Of a DNA stretch of 64,000 nucleotides, positions 1 to 11,342 are shown piece after piece. The notes under the pieces were generated by a model. That model was not told where the DNA came from. It searched no databases and saw only the letters and a list, made by a program, of their open reading frames with translations. A program made the translations under genes and the position numbers. The stretch is from NCBI GenBank assembly GCA_963768655.1, contig CAVYIM010000004.1, positions 704,001-768,000 of the forward strand, in the 5' to 3' direction. Every line of letters starts with the position of its first letter. Position 1 is the first letter of the stretch. Source of the stretch: an uncultured Chloroflexia bacterium. GTDB taxonomy: Bacteria; Chloroflexota; Limnocylindria; Limnocylindrales; CSP1-4.

Positions 1-476
1 GCTCGGACGGCCGACGTGGGTCCCCACCACCAGGCTATCGCCTCGGTGCGCTCGAAGTCGGCCGAGCTCTTGGGCCCCTCGGCCGCGATCGCCGCCAGCA
101 GCTTGTCGGCCAGCTCGGCTTGTTCGGCCAGCAGACCGCTCGACCAGCCGGCGCCGAGCGTCGTCCATGAGATCCGGTAGTAGGGCAGCTCCCGCGTGGG
201 CAGCAGGTTGAGCGACTTGTTGTAGGTCTCGAAGAGCAGGCGCCGGCCGTATAGCAGCTCGTCGGTCAATTCGCGCCGGTAGCCGCCGATCCGAGCCGCC
301 AGGACCAGGTCGTGGTTCCGCCCGGCTACCTCCAGCGGGTCGAACTGGAGCGAGCCGAGGCGATCCACTACGGCCATGACGCTCTCGGGCGTGGCCGGCA
401 GCGCCCGCGGCGGAGCGAGGAGATGGCGAATCGCGAGGAAGCGGCGTGCCACGGGGAGACTGATGTGGGTGGTCAT
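1..476 (-). CDS. YcaQ/AlkZ-like winged-helix DNA glycosylase (crosslink repair), 5' part; runs off the window edge
   Basis: Manual translation from ATG at 476 gives MTTHISLPVARRFLAIRHLL...VVDRLGSLQFDPLEVAGRNHDLVLAARI. The QxD motif context is typical of the YcaQ (HTH_42) family. Confidence 0.8.
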   Translation of the reverse strand, partial: MTTHISLPVARRFLAIRHLLAPPRALPATPESVMAVVDRLGSLQFDPLEVAGRNHDLVLAARIGGYRRELTDELLYGRRLLFETYNKSLNLLPTRELPYYRISWTTLGAGWSSGLLAEQAELADKLLAAIAAEGPKSSADFERTEAIAWWWGPTSAVR

Positions 477-525
477 GGTGGGATTGTGCGCGACCCCGAT
501 GCCGACGGCTGGCGGGAATCGCCGC

Positions 526-2664
526 TCAGCCGCCGGCCCGGCTGGCCCTCAGCAACACTACCGACCGCGGGCCCACGCTGATCGCGGCGCCGGCCGGGCC
601 GGCGGTCCCAGCGGCGCTCCCGAATAGCCCGCTGAATGCGTCCAGCTCGTATTCCCAGGCTCGCGGCGACCCCACGTCGGGCAACGTGAAGGTCAGCGGC
701 TCCGACCAGCCGTTGACCAGCAAGAGCAGATCGTCGTCGAGCATGGGCCGGCCGCGCTCGTCGCGGTCCGCGTCGCGGACGCCGTCGAGGTACGCCACGA
801 CGCTGCGCGTCCAGCCCGCCTGCCAGTCGGAGTCGGTCATGGTGGATCCAGCCGGAGTGAACCACTGGATGTCGCCCGCCATCGCCCCGGTCACGAACCG
901 CCGGCGCCTCAGCACGTGGTGACGCCGCCTCAGCCCGACGAGCCGGCTGGTGAAGGCCAGCAGGTCCGCGTCGGCCGCCTGCCAGTCGTACCAGGAGATC
1001 TCGTTGTCCTGGCAGTAGGCATTGTTGTTGCCCCGCTGGGTGCGGCCCATCTCGTCGCCGCCGAGAAGCATCGGCACGCCCAGGCTCAGCAGCAGAGTGG
1101 CCAGGATCGCCCGCGACTGGCGCGCGCGTAGCTCCGTCACGCCGGCGTCGTCGGTCGGACCTTCGACTCCGCAGTTCCAGGAGCGGTTGTCGTCCGTGCC
1201 GTCGTTGTTCGATTCGCCGTTCGCCTCGTTGTGCTTGCGGCCGTAGCTGACCAGGTCGGCGAGTGTGAAGCCGTCGTGGCAGGTCACGTAGTTGATGGAG
1301 GCGTTGGGCCGCCGGTGCGAAGGCCCATAGAGATCCGACGAGCCGGTCAGCCGCGTCGCCAGATCCGGCAGAGTCCCCGGCAGGCCGCGCCAGAAATCAC
1401 GAGCGCTGTCGCGATACTTGCCGTTCCACTCGCTCCACATGTCCGGGAAGCGACCAAGGTCGTAGCTGTCCGGCTGGCCGATGTCCCACGGTTCGGCGAT
1501 CAGCTTCACGCGCGAGATCACGGGATCCTGCGACACGAGGTCGAAGAAGGCCGAGACGCTGTCGAACGCGCCGTGCTCGCGCGCCAGTGCGACCGCGAGG
1601 TCGAACCGGAAACCGTCGACGTGCATCTCGCTCACCCAGTACCGCAGCGAATCGATCACGAGCCGCAGGCAGACCGGGGAGTCGACGTTGAGGCTGTTGC
1701 CCGTGCCCGTCGTGTCGAAGTAGTAGCGCGGCTGGTCGGCGGTCAGGCGGTAGTAGGTCGGGTTGTCGAAGCCGCGGAACGAGAGCGTCGGGCCGAGGTG
1801 ATTGCCCTCCGCGGTGTGGTTGAAGACGACGTCGAGGACGACTTCGATGCCGGCGGCATGGAGGGCTCTGACCATTGCCTTGAACTCGGCCACCTGCCCG
1901 CCCGGCCGCCCGGCCCGGACCTCGGCCGAGTAGCCGGCGTGCGGGGCGAAGAAGCCGAGCGTGCTGTAACCCCAGTAGTTCTCAAGCCCCTTGGATCGCA
2001 GGAAGCCGTCATCGACGTGGTGGTGGACCGGCAGCAGCTCGACGGCGGTCACTCCCAGCGACCGCAGGTGGTCGAGGGCGGCCGGCGTGCCCAGGCCGGC
2101 GTACGTCCCGCGCAGAGCCTCGGGCACGCCGGGATGCCGGTAGGTGAACCCCTTGACGTGGGTTTCGTAGATGATCGTGTCGGAGTAGGGGATCGCCGGC
2201 GGTCGATCGCCGTCCCAGTCGAAACCATCCCCGAGGACCAGGCCGCGCGGCACGCACGGTGCCGAGTCGAGGTCACTGTAGCCGTCGGGGTTGCCCGGCG
2301 GGTAGCCCATGACTTCGTCGCCCCACGTGACGTTGCCGTCTATCGCCCGCGCATACGGATCGAGGAGCAGCTTGTTGGCATTGCAGCGGAGACCGCGGGC
2401 GGGTGCGTATGGCCCCACGACACGGTAGCCATAGCGCCGTCCCGCACCCACGCCGGGCACGAAGCCGTGCCAGACCCCGCCGTCTTCCTCCTGGAGCTGC
2501 AGCTGCTCCTCGTGCCCGGCCTCATCGAACAGGCACAGGACCACGCTGTCGGCGAGGTCCGAGGCAACGGCGAAGTTGGTGCCCGCCTCCGAAGGCGTCG
2601 CGCCCAACGGAAATGGCTTCCCCGGCCACAACTCCATCTCGAGATGACCCCCGCTGGCTGACAT
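526..2664 (-). CDS. glgX: Glycogen debranching enzyme (isoamylase, GH13)
   Basis: PFPLGAT N-terminus, [46 protein letters not shown] and [11 protein letters not shown] motifs. Confidence 0.97.
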   Translation of the reverse strand: MSASGGHLEMELWPGKPFPLGATPSEAGTNFAVASDLADSVVLCLFDEAGHEEQLQLQEEDGGVWHGFVPGVGAGRRYGYRVVGPYAPARGLRCNANKLLLDPYARAIDGNVTWGDEVMGYPPGNPDGYSDLDSAPCVPRGLVLGDGFDWDGDRPPAIPYSDTIIYETHVKGFTYRHPGVPEALRGTYAGLGTPAALDHLRSLGVTAVELLPVHHHVDDGFLRSKGLENYWGYSTLGFFAPHAGYSAEVRAGRPGGQVAEFKAMVRALHAAGIEVVLDVVFNHTAEGNHLGPTLSFRGFDNPTYYRLTADQPRYYFDTTGTGNSLNVDSPVCLRLVIDSLRYWVSEMHVDGFRFDLAVALAREHGAFDSVSAFFDLVSQDPVISRVKLIAEPWDIGQPDSYDLGRFPDMWSEWNGKYRDSARDFWRGLPGTLPDLATRLTGSSDLYGPSHRRPNASINYVTCHDGFTLADLVSYGRKHNEANGESNNDGTDDNRSWNCGVEGPTDDAGVTELRARQSRAILATLLLSLGVPMLLGGDEMGRTQRGNNNAYCQDNEISWYDWQAADADLLAFTSRLVGLRRRHHVLRRRRFVTGAMAGDIQWFTPAGSTMTDSDWQAGWTRSVVAYLDGVRDADRDERGRPMLDDDLLLLVNGWSEPLTFTLPDVGSPRAWEYELDAFSGLFGSAAGTAGPAGAAISVGPRSVVLLRASRAGG

Positions 2665-2766
2665 CGGACGGCCGTGAGGCGCCAGACTGACACACTGCGC
2701 GGCGGCGGTCCAGACAGGGCACGTCCCTGGCGAGGCTTCCGCGGCGGAGCATTTCCGCGGCCCGGC

Positions 2767-5388
2767 TCAAACGGCCGCCGGTGTCCTCTCTTCCTCGGCT
2801 TCGATCGGGATCGAGTCGACCAGGCCGGTCGTGATCGAAGCCGGTTCGGCGCCTTCATCTTTCCCTGCCTCGTCGGCCGGCGCGGCCAGCGTGGCGGCGG
2901 GGCCCATGACCGCGTCAACGGCCGCGAGCAGGGTCTCGGGCGAGAATGGCTTCGCCAGGAGCGGATCTTCGTGACGGTCGCTGTCGACGATCTCCTGCGC
3001 GTACCCGGACGCGAGCAGCACGCGCAAATCGGGTTTCGAGTTGCGCAGCCGGCGCGCCAGCTCCGGGCCCCGCATGCCGGGCATCACCACGTCCGTCAGC
3101 AGCAGATCGAACGGCTCCGGGCCGGTTTCGGCGGCGATGATCGCCTCGCCGGGATCGGCGGCGGCGGTGACGTCGAAGCCCGCCCGAACCAGGACACGCT
3201 GGGCAATCTCACGCAGCACCGGCTCGTCCTCGACCAGGAGAATGCGACCCGTTCGACGACCGACCGGGCGCGGCGCCTCCTCGCTGATCGCCGCCTCGCG
3301 CTCCGCGCTGGGAAAGAAGAGCTTGAAGGTGGTTCCCAGTCCCGGCGTCGAGTCGACCAGGACCGAGCCCTCGGACTGCTTGATGATGCCGTAGGTCGTG
3401 GCCAGGCCGAGGCCGGTTCCGCGCCCCTGGCCCTTGGTCGTGAAGAACGGCTCGAAGATGTGGTCGCGCGTCTGGGCGTCCATGCCCAGACCCGTGTCGG
3501 TGACCGAGATCACGGCATATTCGCCCGGACCGATCTCTCGCGGTCGCGAGCGATTCCCGGACGTGTACCGCTGGTGGCCGGTGCCGATGACGAGCTGTCC
3601 GCCCGACGGCATCGCATCGCGGCTGTTGAGGGCCAGGTTGAGGAGGACCTGCTCGAGCTGGGTCCGGTCCGCTCGGAGACAGCCGGCCGCCGGGTCGGGG
3701 GCGATCTTGAGCACGATCTGCTCGCCGATCAGGCGCCGCAGCATCGACTCGAGCCCGCCGATGACTTCGTTCACGTCCAGGACCTGAGGCTGGAGGATCT
3801 GGCGTCGGCTGAAGGCCAGGAGCTGCTGGGTCAAGCCCGCCGCGCGCTCGGCCGCGTCCCGGATTCCAACCACATACTCGCTGACGTCGGTCCCGGGCGG
3901 CTCGTCAAGTGAGAGGTCGGCATAGCCGATCACGGCCGTCAGGATGTTGTTGAAGTCGTGGGCGATGCCGCCCGCCAGGCGGCCGATCGATTCGAGCTTG
4001 CGAGCCTCGAAGAGCTGGGCCTCCAGCAGCTCGACCTCGCTCGTGTCCTCCATGAGCGAGATGGCGCCACGAACCTTGCCGAGGTCGTCCCGGATCGGGG
4101 CGAAGTGGGCGCGGACCCTGATGACCTGGCCGTCCTTCGTCTGACACGGTAGCTCCTGCACCGCCATCGATTTGCCGGCCAGGACTCGCGGTACCAGCAT
4201 CCGGTTGGCGTCCTCGGCCGTGAGGATGGGCAGCCGCCGGCCCTGGGTCTCGTCGGCGCTGAAGCCGAAGAGCAGTTCCGCGGCGCGACTCCAGAACAGG
4301 ACGCGACGCTGGCGGTCGACGACGACGATCGGCAGAGGTGATGAGTCGAGGATCGCCCGCAGGGTTTCGGATGTCTCACGCAGCGCCGCCTCGAGCGTGA
4401 GGCGCCCCTGCATCGCGGCCGTCTGCTCCCCGATCAGGTCCGCCATCGTCGCGATCACCAGGGCCACGATCGCGACGCTGCCCAGGCTGATGGCCGGAAA
4501 GTCGATCTTGCCTTCGATGCCCTGGAGCGCCAGGACCGCCGGCGCGACGAGCGCCGCCGCCATCAGGGCGGCCAGCCGGCGCGGCGTAATGCGCTGCTGC
4601 TTGTTCTCGCTCGGGGCCGAGGAGATGGCGATCGACGGATGGAGAGCTGCCGCGGCCCACAGCGCGTACTGGGCGAAGTAGGCCGTCTCCGCCAGCGGGA
4701 CCTTGAGCCAGCCCGGACCGGAACCCGAGAATCCGTCGGCAATCAGGAGGGCCACGACGCTGCCGGCGAAGAGGCGCATCGCCGGCGTCCCCGCCTCGGA
4801 ATCGAGGACCAGGCACGCGACCACGCCGACGAGCGCGGTGTCGGCGACCAGATAGACGACCGAGATGGCCTGGCCCAGAGGGCTGTAGTTACCCGATGAG
4901 AGCAGAGGATCGGCGAAGGCCACCCAGACCACGAGCACCAGACCGACCGTCAGGATCCCGCCGTCGAGCAGCACCCCGAATCCAGGGCCCGGGTTTCGGC
5001 GCAGGACCAGCCTGGCGAAGCCGAGCGTGATGATCGGGTACCCGATCAGGTAGAAGAGATCGGCGACGCCCGGATATGACGCGGCGCCAGACGCATGGTA
5101 GACGGACTGGCCGGCCAGATCGCCGATCGCGAAGAACAACTGCCCGGCGGCGAGCAGCAACCACGGACCTCGGGGTTCGGGCTCGTGGAGATAGATGCCC
5201 ACCGCAACGGCCAGGACCGAGCCCGCCGAGAGGATCAGGCCGAACGGAGTCTGCAGGGCTGGGGCGACGGTCGCGGAAACGACGAACAGCGCCACAGCGG
5301 CCGAGAGATAGGCTGCCCACAGCCAGTCTCCGACGGACGAGGGCACTTGGAGCCGTCTGATCACCCGGAAAGGATCGCGCCGGCGCAC
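2767..5388 (-). CDS. Membrane-bound hybrid sensor histidine kinase (multi-TM sensor, PAS, HisKA, HATPase, receiver)
   Basis: About 300 aa of hydrophobic N-terminus, a PAS domain, GIAHDFNN H-box, FEPFFTTK-GTGLGL, and a C-terminal receiver (LLVEDE...LLTDVVMP...AKPF). Confidence 0.93.
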   Translation of the reverse strand: MRRRDPFRVIRRLQVPSSVGDWLWAAYLSAAVALFVVSATVAPALQTPFGLILSAGSVLAVAVGIYLHEPEPRGPWLLLAAGQLFFAIGDLAGQSVYHASGAASYPGVADLFYLIGYPIITLGFARLVLRRNPGPGFGVLLDGGILTVGLVLVVWVAFADPLLSSGNYSPLGQAISVVYLVADTALVGVVACLVLDSEAGTPAMRLFAGSVVALLIADGFSGSGPGWLKVPLAETAYFAQYALWAAAALHPSIAISSAPSENKQQRITPRRLAALMAAALVAPAVLALQGIEGKIDFPAISLGSVAIVALVIATMADLIGEQTAAMQGRLTLEAALRETSETLRAILDSSPLPIVVVDRQRRVLFWSRAAELLFGFSADETQGRRLPILTAEDANRMLVPRVLAGKSMAVQELPCQTKDGQVIRVRAHFAPIRDDLGKVRGAISLMEDTSEVELLEAQLFEARKLESIGRLAGGIAHDFNNILTAVIGYADLSLDEPPGTDVSEYVVGIRDAAERAAGLTQQLLAFSRRQILQPQVLDVNEVIGGLESMLRRLIGEQIVLKIAPDPAAGCLRADRTQLEQVLLNLALNSRDAMPSGGQLVIGTGHQRYTSGNRSRPREIGPGEYAVISVTDTGLGMDAQTRDHIFEPFFTTKGQGRGTGLGLATTYGIIKQSEGSVLVDSTPGLGTTFKLFFPSAEREAAISEEAPRPVGRRTGRILLVEDEPVLREIAQRVLVRAGFDVTAAADPGEAIIAAETGPEPFDLLLTDVVMPGMRGPELARRLRNSKPDLRVLLASGYAQEIVDSDRHEDPLLAKPFSPETLLAAVDAVMGPAATLAAPADEAGKDEGAEPASITTGLVDSIPIEAEEERTPAAV

Positions 5389-5525
5389 CAGCTCACGAAT
5401 AACCTATTTGTCCTACGTTGTTTGCAGGGTTCGCGGCGCACCGATCATAACCGGTCAAGACCTCACCGCAGCGGGCGCTGCCGGGCGCCGCCCGCGCGGT
5501 CCGCCCGCGCGACTTTCCGGCGGCG

Positions 5526-6166
5526 CTAATACCAGCCGTGCGCCTGCCAGAAGTCCCACGCGGCGCAGGCCGAGCCGTAGCGGTCGTCGACGTACCAGAT
5601 GCCCCATTTCACCTGTGTGATCGGGCTGGTGCGCCAGTTCGACCCAAACGTGGCCATCTTCGATCCAGGGAAGGCCTGCGGGATCCCGTAAGCTGACGTC
5701 ACCGTGCCGGCGCGCGGGTTCCACTGGGATTCGCGCGTGAAGATGGCATTGATGCAGCTGTACTGCCGCGCCCCGATGCGAGCCCTGACGTACGCCCGAG
5801 CCCCAGCGACCGTGTTCGCGTAGGTCACCGGCTTCGGCTCCGCCTTGGGCTGGGGTTCGCCGGCGTGGCGGTCGGGGTCGCCGTCGCGCTCGTCGTCACC
5901 GAAGAGGTGATCGGCATCATGATCGCCGAGGTGATCGGCGTCGCTGTCGCCGAAGGAGTGGCGGTGGCGGGCGCGGCCGTCCATGTGGGCAACTGGTCCC
6001 GCCAGCTGGCCTGGTCGCGCGCGCCGATCGCCAGGAGAGAGCCACTCGCAGACGGCGGACCATCCGGCGAGTCCGAGAACGCGGGCAGGACTGAGACGAC
6101 GGACCCGACGAAGACGACGGCCGTCACCAGTGCCGCAATGCCTGCCGCTCTCGGGGTAGGTTTCAA
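5526..6166 (-). CDS. Secreted lytic-transglycosylase-like protein (aggregation-promoting-factor-like C-terminus), interrupted by a frameshift near 5850
   Basis: Signal/TM segment and Thr/Pro linker lie in one frame (ORF 5825..6403; TTG at 6166 after AAGGAGG). The catalytic part RESQWNPRA...AYGIPQAFPGSKMA...WGIWYVDDRYGS...WY lies in another (ORF 5526..5984). Confidence 0.75.
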
Positions 6167-6481
6167 GAGCCTCCTTGGGGTCCGAGTCCCGCGCCGGTGG
6201 AGACAGTGACGGTCACCGGCAGCGTGACGAGTGTGGTGGCGGACTTCGGTGTCGAGATGGCGGCGGCAGTCGGACCGCCGGCGGCCGGCAGGATAGCACG
6301 GTTCTATCGGCGAAACGATCCCGCCAGATGGGCTATGCGGGCAGACCCTCATGGGGCTCCTGCGCCGCCTGCCTTCCGCGAAATGGCGCGCCACCTCCGG
6401 CACATCGAGCCGCGGGGATGCGTCCGCTTCCGGTCAATTGTGCCGGCACAGGTCCGAAGCGGACGGGCAAGGGGGTAGCAG

Positions 6482-7837
6482 ATGAGCCGGGTTGTCGGAA
6501 TCGATCGCCAAGGGATCTCTCACTGGCGGTGGCACGCCTTCGCCCCAGGGCTCGTGGGCGCCCTCGCCATCTTCGCCGCCGCCGGCTGCGTGGGTCGTGC
6601 AGCGACCCCCACCCCGAACGCCGGCGCCATTTCATCGGCGACGGCATGGGCCATCGCGCCGGCCACCGCCTCGGTGGCGCCCACCTCGCCGCCAACGGCT
6701 ACGCCCACGCTTCAGCTGACCGCGGCGCCGACGTCTGCGCCTACGGCCGCGCCGACCGTGGCCCCATCCAAGACGCCGACCGGAACGCCCATGCCGACCG
6801 CGGTTGCCACGTCGGCCCCGTCGAAACTCCCCTTATCGGGCGCGTTCGTCCAGACCGGCTCGATGGTCTGCGGCGGCGGCGGCGAGGCGCCGACCCAGCT
6901 GGCGGACGGCCGGGTCCTCTTCACGGGCGGGTTCGGTTGCCAGCTGAAGACCAAATATCCGGTCATGCCTGTGACCACTGCCTCGGCCCAGCTGTACGAC
7001 CCCGCCGACGGCAAGTTCACGTCAACGGGATCGATGGCGAGGCCGCGCACCGGCCACACTGCTACCTTGCTTCAAGATGGACAGGTACTCGTCGCCGGTG
7101 GCGGCTTCGATGAGTACGATCCGTTCGACACCGCCGAGCTCTACGACCCCGCCACCGGCAAGTTCCGAGCGACCGGCTCCATGACCACGGTTCGCGAGGG
7201 GCACACGGCCACGCTCCTTCAGGACGGCCGTGTCCTCATCACTGGCGGATGGAAGATGGTCTGGACGCCGTCGGAAGGGCTTGAGACGCCGCTCGCCTCG
7301 GCTGAGCTGTACGACCCCCAGACCGGCAAGTTCACCGCCACGGGCTCCATGACCACGGCTCGAGAGGGGCAGACGGCCACCTTGCTTCAGGATGGCCGGG
7401 TTCTGATCGCGGGAGGGGATGCCTCGGGCGATGGCCCGACGACATCGGAGCTGTACGACCCCGCGACGGGGCTCTTCACGCCGACGCGCTCGATGCCGGC
7501 GCTCACGTACATACAGACGGCGACGCTTCTGAACGATGGCCGGGTCCTCGTGGCGGGCGGAACCGAGGCAGAGATCTTTGATCCCACGACCCAGGCCTAT
7601 GCCTCTGTCGCGTGGGTTCCGGACGCGTGCACGACTCACAGCGTGGCCCTGACAGGCACCGGCAGCGTCCTGGTGCTCGACAAATGCGGCGGGGACGCAC
7701 ACCTGTTCGACCCGACCACCGGCAAGGTGAGTCCGGCAGCCGCCAAAGTGCCCGACGAAGTGGGTCCCGGCACGGCCACACCCCTGAGCGATGGTCGCAT
7801 CCTGACCTGCGACGGCCCTGCCTGGCCCTATCTGTAG
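6482..7837 (+). CDS. Kelch-repeat beta-propeller lipoprotein
   Basis: Lipobox-like AAGC, Thr/Pro/Ala linker, and repeated TGSM...R.GHTATLL.DGRVL..GG...AELYDP units. Confidence 0.9.
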   Translation: MSRVVGIDRQGISHWRWHAFAPGLVGALAIFAAAGCVGRAATPTPNAGAISSATAWAIAPATASVAPTSPPTATPTLQLTAAPTSAPTAAPTVAPSKTPTGTPMPTAVATSAPSKLPLSGAFVQTGSMVCGGGGEAPTQLADGRVLFTGGFGCQLKTKYPVMPVTTASAQLYDPADGKFTSTGSMARPRTGHTATLLQDGQVLVAGGGFDEYDPFDTAELYDPATGKFRATGSMTTVREGHTATLLQDGRVLITGGWKMVWTPSEGLETPLASAELYDPQTGKFTATGSMTTAREGQTATLLQDGRVLIAGGDASGDGPTTSELYDPATGLFTPTRSMPALTYIQTATLLNDGRVLVAGGTEAEIFDPTTQAYASVAWVPDACTTHSVALTGTGSVLVLDKCGGDAHLFDPTTGKVSPAAAKVPDEVGPGTATPLSDGRILTCDGPAWPYL

Positions 7838-7970
7838 CAGCGGCCGCCTCGTCCAGAGCCGCCGGGATCGCGTCGTGCGCCGGACCTCGAAGAGGGGCGT
7901 CCGCATCTGGTCACATGGCCTTGCGCCGCGCAAGATGAGCTCGGGCCGCTTCAGCCCCCCGCGTCCGCGT

Positions 7971-8012
7971 TTGACGGTTCGGCGGCTAATCCCGATAATA
8001 GGGGTCGGAATT
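7971..8012 (+). promoter_or_regulatory. Sigma-70 promoter of sufB (TTGACG-N17-GATAAT), overlapped by an Rrf2/IscR-like inverted repeat
   Basis: TTGACG 7971-7976 and GATAAT 7994-7999. AATCCCGA-N9-TCGGAATT spans 7988-8012. Confidence 0.7.
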
Positions 8013-8079
8013 CAGCACGAACTGCGGTCGAGATTCGGCGCCTCCCGCCGCCCGAACCCACGGCCGCCCAAGGAGCGCG

Positions 8080-9480
8080 ATGGCGACCAGCCGAGAGATC
8101 GTCTCCAGCGAGTACAAGTACGGCTTCCACGACGAGGTCGACTATCTCGAGGAGACCAAAGCCGGCCTGACCCGAGAGACGGTCGAGGCGATCAGCCGCT
8201 TCAAGGGCGAGCCGCAATGGATGCTCGACTTCCGCCTGCGCGCCTACGAGCACTTCCTGTCGAGGCCGATGCCGCAGTGGGGCGGCGATCTCAATCAGAT
8301 CGACCTGAGCAAGATCGTCTACTACCGCAAGCCCTCTCAGGGTGAGGAGAAGTCCTGGGACGACGTCCCGGACAAGATCAAGAAGACGTTCGAGCGCCTC
8401 GGCATCCCGGAGGCGGAGCGGAAGTTCCTGGCCGGCGTCGGCGCGCAATACGACTCCGAGGTCGTCTACCACAGCGTCCGTGAGGAGCTCTCGAAGATCG
8501 GCGTCGTCTTCATGGGCACCGATCAGGGCCTCAAGGAGTACCCGGATCTCTTCAAGAAGTACTTCGCCACGGTCGTGCCGCCCGAGGACAACAAGTTCGC
8601 GGCCCTGAACAGCGCGGTCTGGTCCGGCGGGTCGTTCGTGTACGTGCCCAAGGGCGTCGAGGTCCCGCTGCCGCTGCAGGCCTACTTCCGCATCAACGCC
8701 GAGAACACGGGCCAGTTCGAGCGGACGCTGATCATCGTCGACGAGGGCGCCAAGGTTCACTACATAGAGGGTTGCACTGCCCCCATCTACACCACGGACG
8801 CGCTCCATGCGGCTGTCGTCGAGGTCATCGCGCTACCGCACTCCAAGGTCCGATACACCACCATCCAGAACTGGTCGAACGACGTCTACAACCTCGTGAC
8901 CAAACGAGCCCACGCCCACGCCCACGCCACGGTCGAATGGATAGACGCGAATACTGGCTCGAAACTAACTATGAAGTATCCCAGTATTTATTTACGCGGC
9001 GAGGGCGCCACCGCCGAGGTCATTTCGGTCGCCGTGGCCGGCCGCGGTCAGCACCAGGACACCGGCGCCAAGGCGATCCACCTGGCCCCCAACACACGCA
9101 GCCGAATCATCAGCAAGTCGATCTCCAAGGACGGCGGCCGGACGACTTATCGCGGCAATCTCAAGGTGGTGCCGGGCGCCACGGGTGTCGTGGCGAGCGT
9201 CCGCTGCGACGCGCTGCTGCTCGACGAGGGCAGCCGCTCCGACACGTACCCTTACATCGACATCCAGGAAGACGACACGACGATGACCCACGAGGCCACC
9301 GTCGGCAAGATCAGCCAGGACCAGGTCTTCTACCTGATGAGCCGCGGCCTGACCGAGAACGAGGCCACGAACCTGGTGGTCCAGGGTTTCCTGGAGGTCT
9401 TCACCAAAGAGCTGCCGATGGAGTACGCCATCGAGTTCAACCGCCTGGTCAAGCTCGAAATGGAGGGTTCGCTCGGATGA
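8080..9480 (+). CDS. sufB: Fe-S cluster assembly protein SufB
   Basis: [56 protein letters not shown] and ELPMEYA motifs. Confidence 0.98.
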   Translation: MATSREIVSSEYKYGFHDEVDYLEETKAGLTRETVEAISRFKGEPQWMLDFRLRAYEHFLSRPMPQWGGDLNQIDLSKIVYYRKPSQGEEKSWDDVPDKIKKTFERLGIPEAERKFLAGVGAQYDSEVVYHSVREELSKIGVVFMGTDQGLKEYPDLFKKYFATVVPPEDNKFAALNSAVWSGGSFVYVPKGVEVPLPLQAYFRINAENTGQFERTLIIVDEGAKVHYIEGCTAPIYTTDALHAAVVEVIALPHSKVRYTTIQNWSNDVYNLVTKRAHAHAHATVEWIDANTGSKLTMKYPSIYLRGEGATAEVISVAVAGRGQHQDTGAKAIHLAPNTRSRIISKSISKDGGRTTYRGNLKVVPGATGVVASVRCDALLLDEGSRSDTYPYIDIQEDDTTMTHEATVGKISQDQVFYLMSRGLTENEATNLVVQGFLEVFTKELPMEYAIEFNRLVKLEMEGSLG

Positions 9481-10982
9481 CCGCCACAGAGGGGGCCGAG
9501 GTGGCCGAGGTGGCCGTCGCGACGCAGCCCGTCGCAGGCCAGCCTGCCGCTCGACCGACGCCGCCGATCCGCCAGGCGCCGACGGACCTGACCCTGAGCT
9601 TCGTCGACGAGGCGACCGTTCGGGCGGTGGCCGCCGCCGCGGCCGATCCGGCGTGGCTGCTCGCGGATCGCCTGGCCGGGTTGCGTGGATTCGAGGCGCT
9701 CCCGATCGAGTCGAATCAGCTGTACACGACGTACGTGGATCTGCGCAACGCCCATCTCTCGGCCGTGCGGCCGTATCCGGCCGGTGCCACTGCCGGGGCC
9801 GCGGCAGTTGGCGGGGCCGGGGCCGGCGCAGCGGGCGCAGCGCAGCTTCCCGAGGGAGCGGCCGCGTACGCCGAATTCGCCGAGGATCGCCCGACGGCGC
9901 TCGTGCTCGCGCCGGAGACGCGGGATGCGGGCGTCGTTCTCGAGACGCTGGCATCGCTGGCGGCGCGCGACCCGGACCTGTTGCGCGGCCTCCTCGAGGG
10001 CGGCTGCACGCTTCCCGAGAACGACAAACTCGGGCAGATGACGCGGGCCCTCTGGACCCACGGCCTGCACCTGCACGTCCCGGACGGCGTTCGCCTGGAG
10101 CGGCCGATCGTGCTGCGCTGGGCGATGGGCGCGCCGAACCGCGCCTTGCTCTCGCGGACGATCATCTCGATCGGTGACGACGCGGAGGCGTCCATCGTCG
10201 AGGAGCAGGTGGCCGCGACTCCGGCTTCGGCCGCTGCCGAGCCCCAGTCGTTCTTCGCCGGCACGACCGAGGTCAAGCTGGGCGCTGGCTCGACCCTTTC
10301 GTTCGCCGGCCTCCAGGACTTCGGAGCCAACCAGATCGCCTTCCAGCATCGTTCGGCGGTCGTCGGCCGCGGGTCGAGCCTTCGCTGGGCGCTGGCTCAG
10401 CTCGGCTGCCGGGTCATTCGGAGCCGCATCGACAACACCCTGGAGGGCGACGGCTGCTCCGTCGAGCAGGCGGAGATCGTCTTCGGATCGACCGACCAGC
10501 TCTTCGACCTGACCTCCTACACCCGCCACCTCGGCCGCGACACGACTGGCAATCTGCTTTCCAAAGGTGCGCTGTCCGACCGCTCCCGCGCCTACTTCAA
10601 GGGCTTGATCACGATCGACAGGCCGGCGCACGGCACCGACAGCTTCCTCGGCGAGTTCGCGATGCTCCTCTCGAAGCAGGCTCGCTCCGTCGCCATTCCC
10701 AGCCTGGAGATCGACCAGCCGGATTGCCGCCGCGTGGCCCACGCGAGCTCCGTCGGCCCGGTCGACGATACGCAGCTCTTCTACCTTGAGAGCCGCGGCC
10801 TCGATCCGGACGAAGCTCGCAAGTTCATCGTCCTCGGCTACCTGGAGCCGGTCGTCGCCCGAGTCTCATTGGCGGCCGCGCAGGATCGCCTCCGCGACCT
10901 GCTGGAGGCCAAATGGGCGGCCCGGACGGGCGCGACGACGCATCCGGACATCGGGCCGGCAGCCGCCGCAGCCGTGGCCTGA
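9477..10982 (+). CDS. sufD: Fe-S cluster assembly protein SufD (SufBD family)
   Basis: ATGA overlap with the sufB stop; C-terminal AIPSLEID...[21 protein letters not shown]. Confidence 0.9.
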   Translation: MTATEGAEVAEVAVATQPVAGQPAARPTPPIRQAPTDLTLSFVDEATVRAVAAAAADPAWLLADRLAGLRGFEALPIESNQLYTTYVDLRNAHLSAVRPYPAGATAGAAAVGGAGAGAAGAAQLPEGAAAYAEFAEDRPTALVLAPETRDAGVVLETLASLAARDPDLLRGLLEGGCTLPENDKLGQMTRALWTHGLHLHVPDGVRLERPIVLRWAMGAPNRALLSRTIISIGDDAEASIVEEQVAATPASAAAEPQSFFAGTTEVKLGAGSTLSFAGLQDFGANQIAFQHRSAVVGRGSSLRWALAQLGCRVIRSRIDNTLEGDGCSVEQAEIVFGSTDQLFDLTSYTRHLGRDTTGNLLSKGALSDRSRAYFKGLITIDRPAHGTDSFLGEFAMLLSKQARSVAIPSLEIDQPDCRRVAHASSVGPVDDTQLFYLESRGLDPDEARKFIVLGYLEPVVARVSLAAAQDRLRDLLEAKWAARTGATTHPDIGPAAAAAVA

Positions 10983-10989
10983 AGTCGCC

Positions 10990-11340
10990 GTGACCGCCGC
11001 CTCAGCCCTCCGCAGGGTCGACCTCTGCGCCCTCGACGAGGTCCCGCCGGGCACGATGAGGCTGTGCGAGGTCGGGGACGATCTGGTCCTGGTGGTCAAT
11101 CTGAACGGTGAGCTGCACGCGACCCAGGGCATCTGCAGTCATCAGTACTTCGAGCTGGACAAGGGCTTCCTGACCGGCGACTCGATCACGTGCGCCCTGC
11201 ATCTGTCGCGCTTCTCTCTTGCGGACGGCGAGTCACTCGATCCGCCGGCCGAGCTGCCGTTGGCCGTCTACGCGGTTGTCGTCGAGGGCGGGCGCGTGCT
11301 GATCGAGGTTCCTCCGGGGCCGCTCGAGGTGAACCGGTAG
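10990..11340 (+). CDS. Rieske [2Fe-2S] ferredoxin
   Basis: CSH...CALH (CxH-CxxH) motif; GTG start directly after sufD. Confidence 0.9.
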   Translation: MTAASALRRVDLCALDEVPPGTMRLCEVGDDLVLVVNLNGELHATQGICSHQYFELDKGFLTGDSITCALHLSRFSLADGESLDPPAELPLAVYAVVVEGGRVLIEVPPGPLEVNR

Positions 11341-11342
11341 GG

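Noticed and set aside
1231-2661. Long antisense ORFs (e.g. 1231..2661, 30899..32809, 62553..63746) as overlapping genes
   Set aside because: Typical shadow ORFs of high-GC3 coding strands, with no recognisable motifs.
6167-6300. c-di-AMP (ydaO) riboswitch in the leader of the lytic-transglycosylase-like gene
   Set aside because: Expected by analogy with actinobacterial cell-wall hydrolases, but the conserved GCTGAATCC/GGGGAACC/CAGCTAAC motifs are absent.
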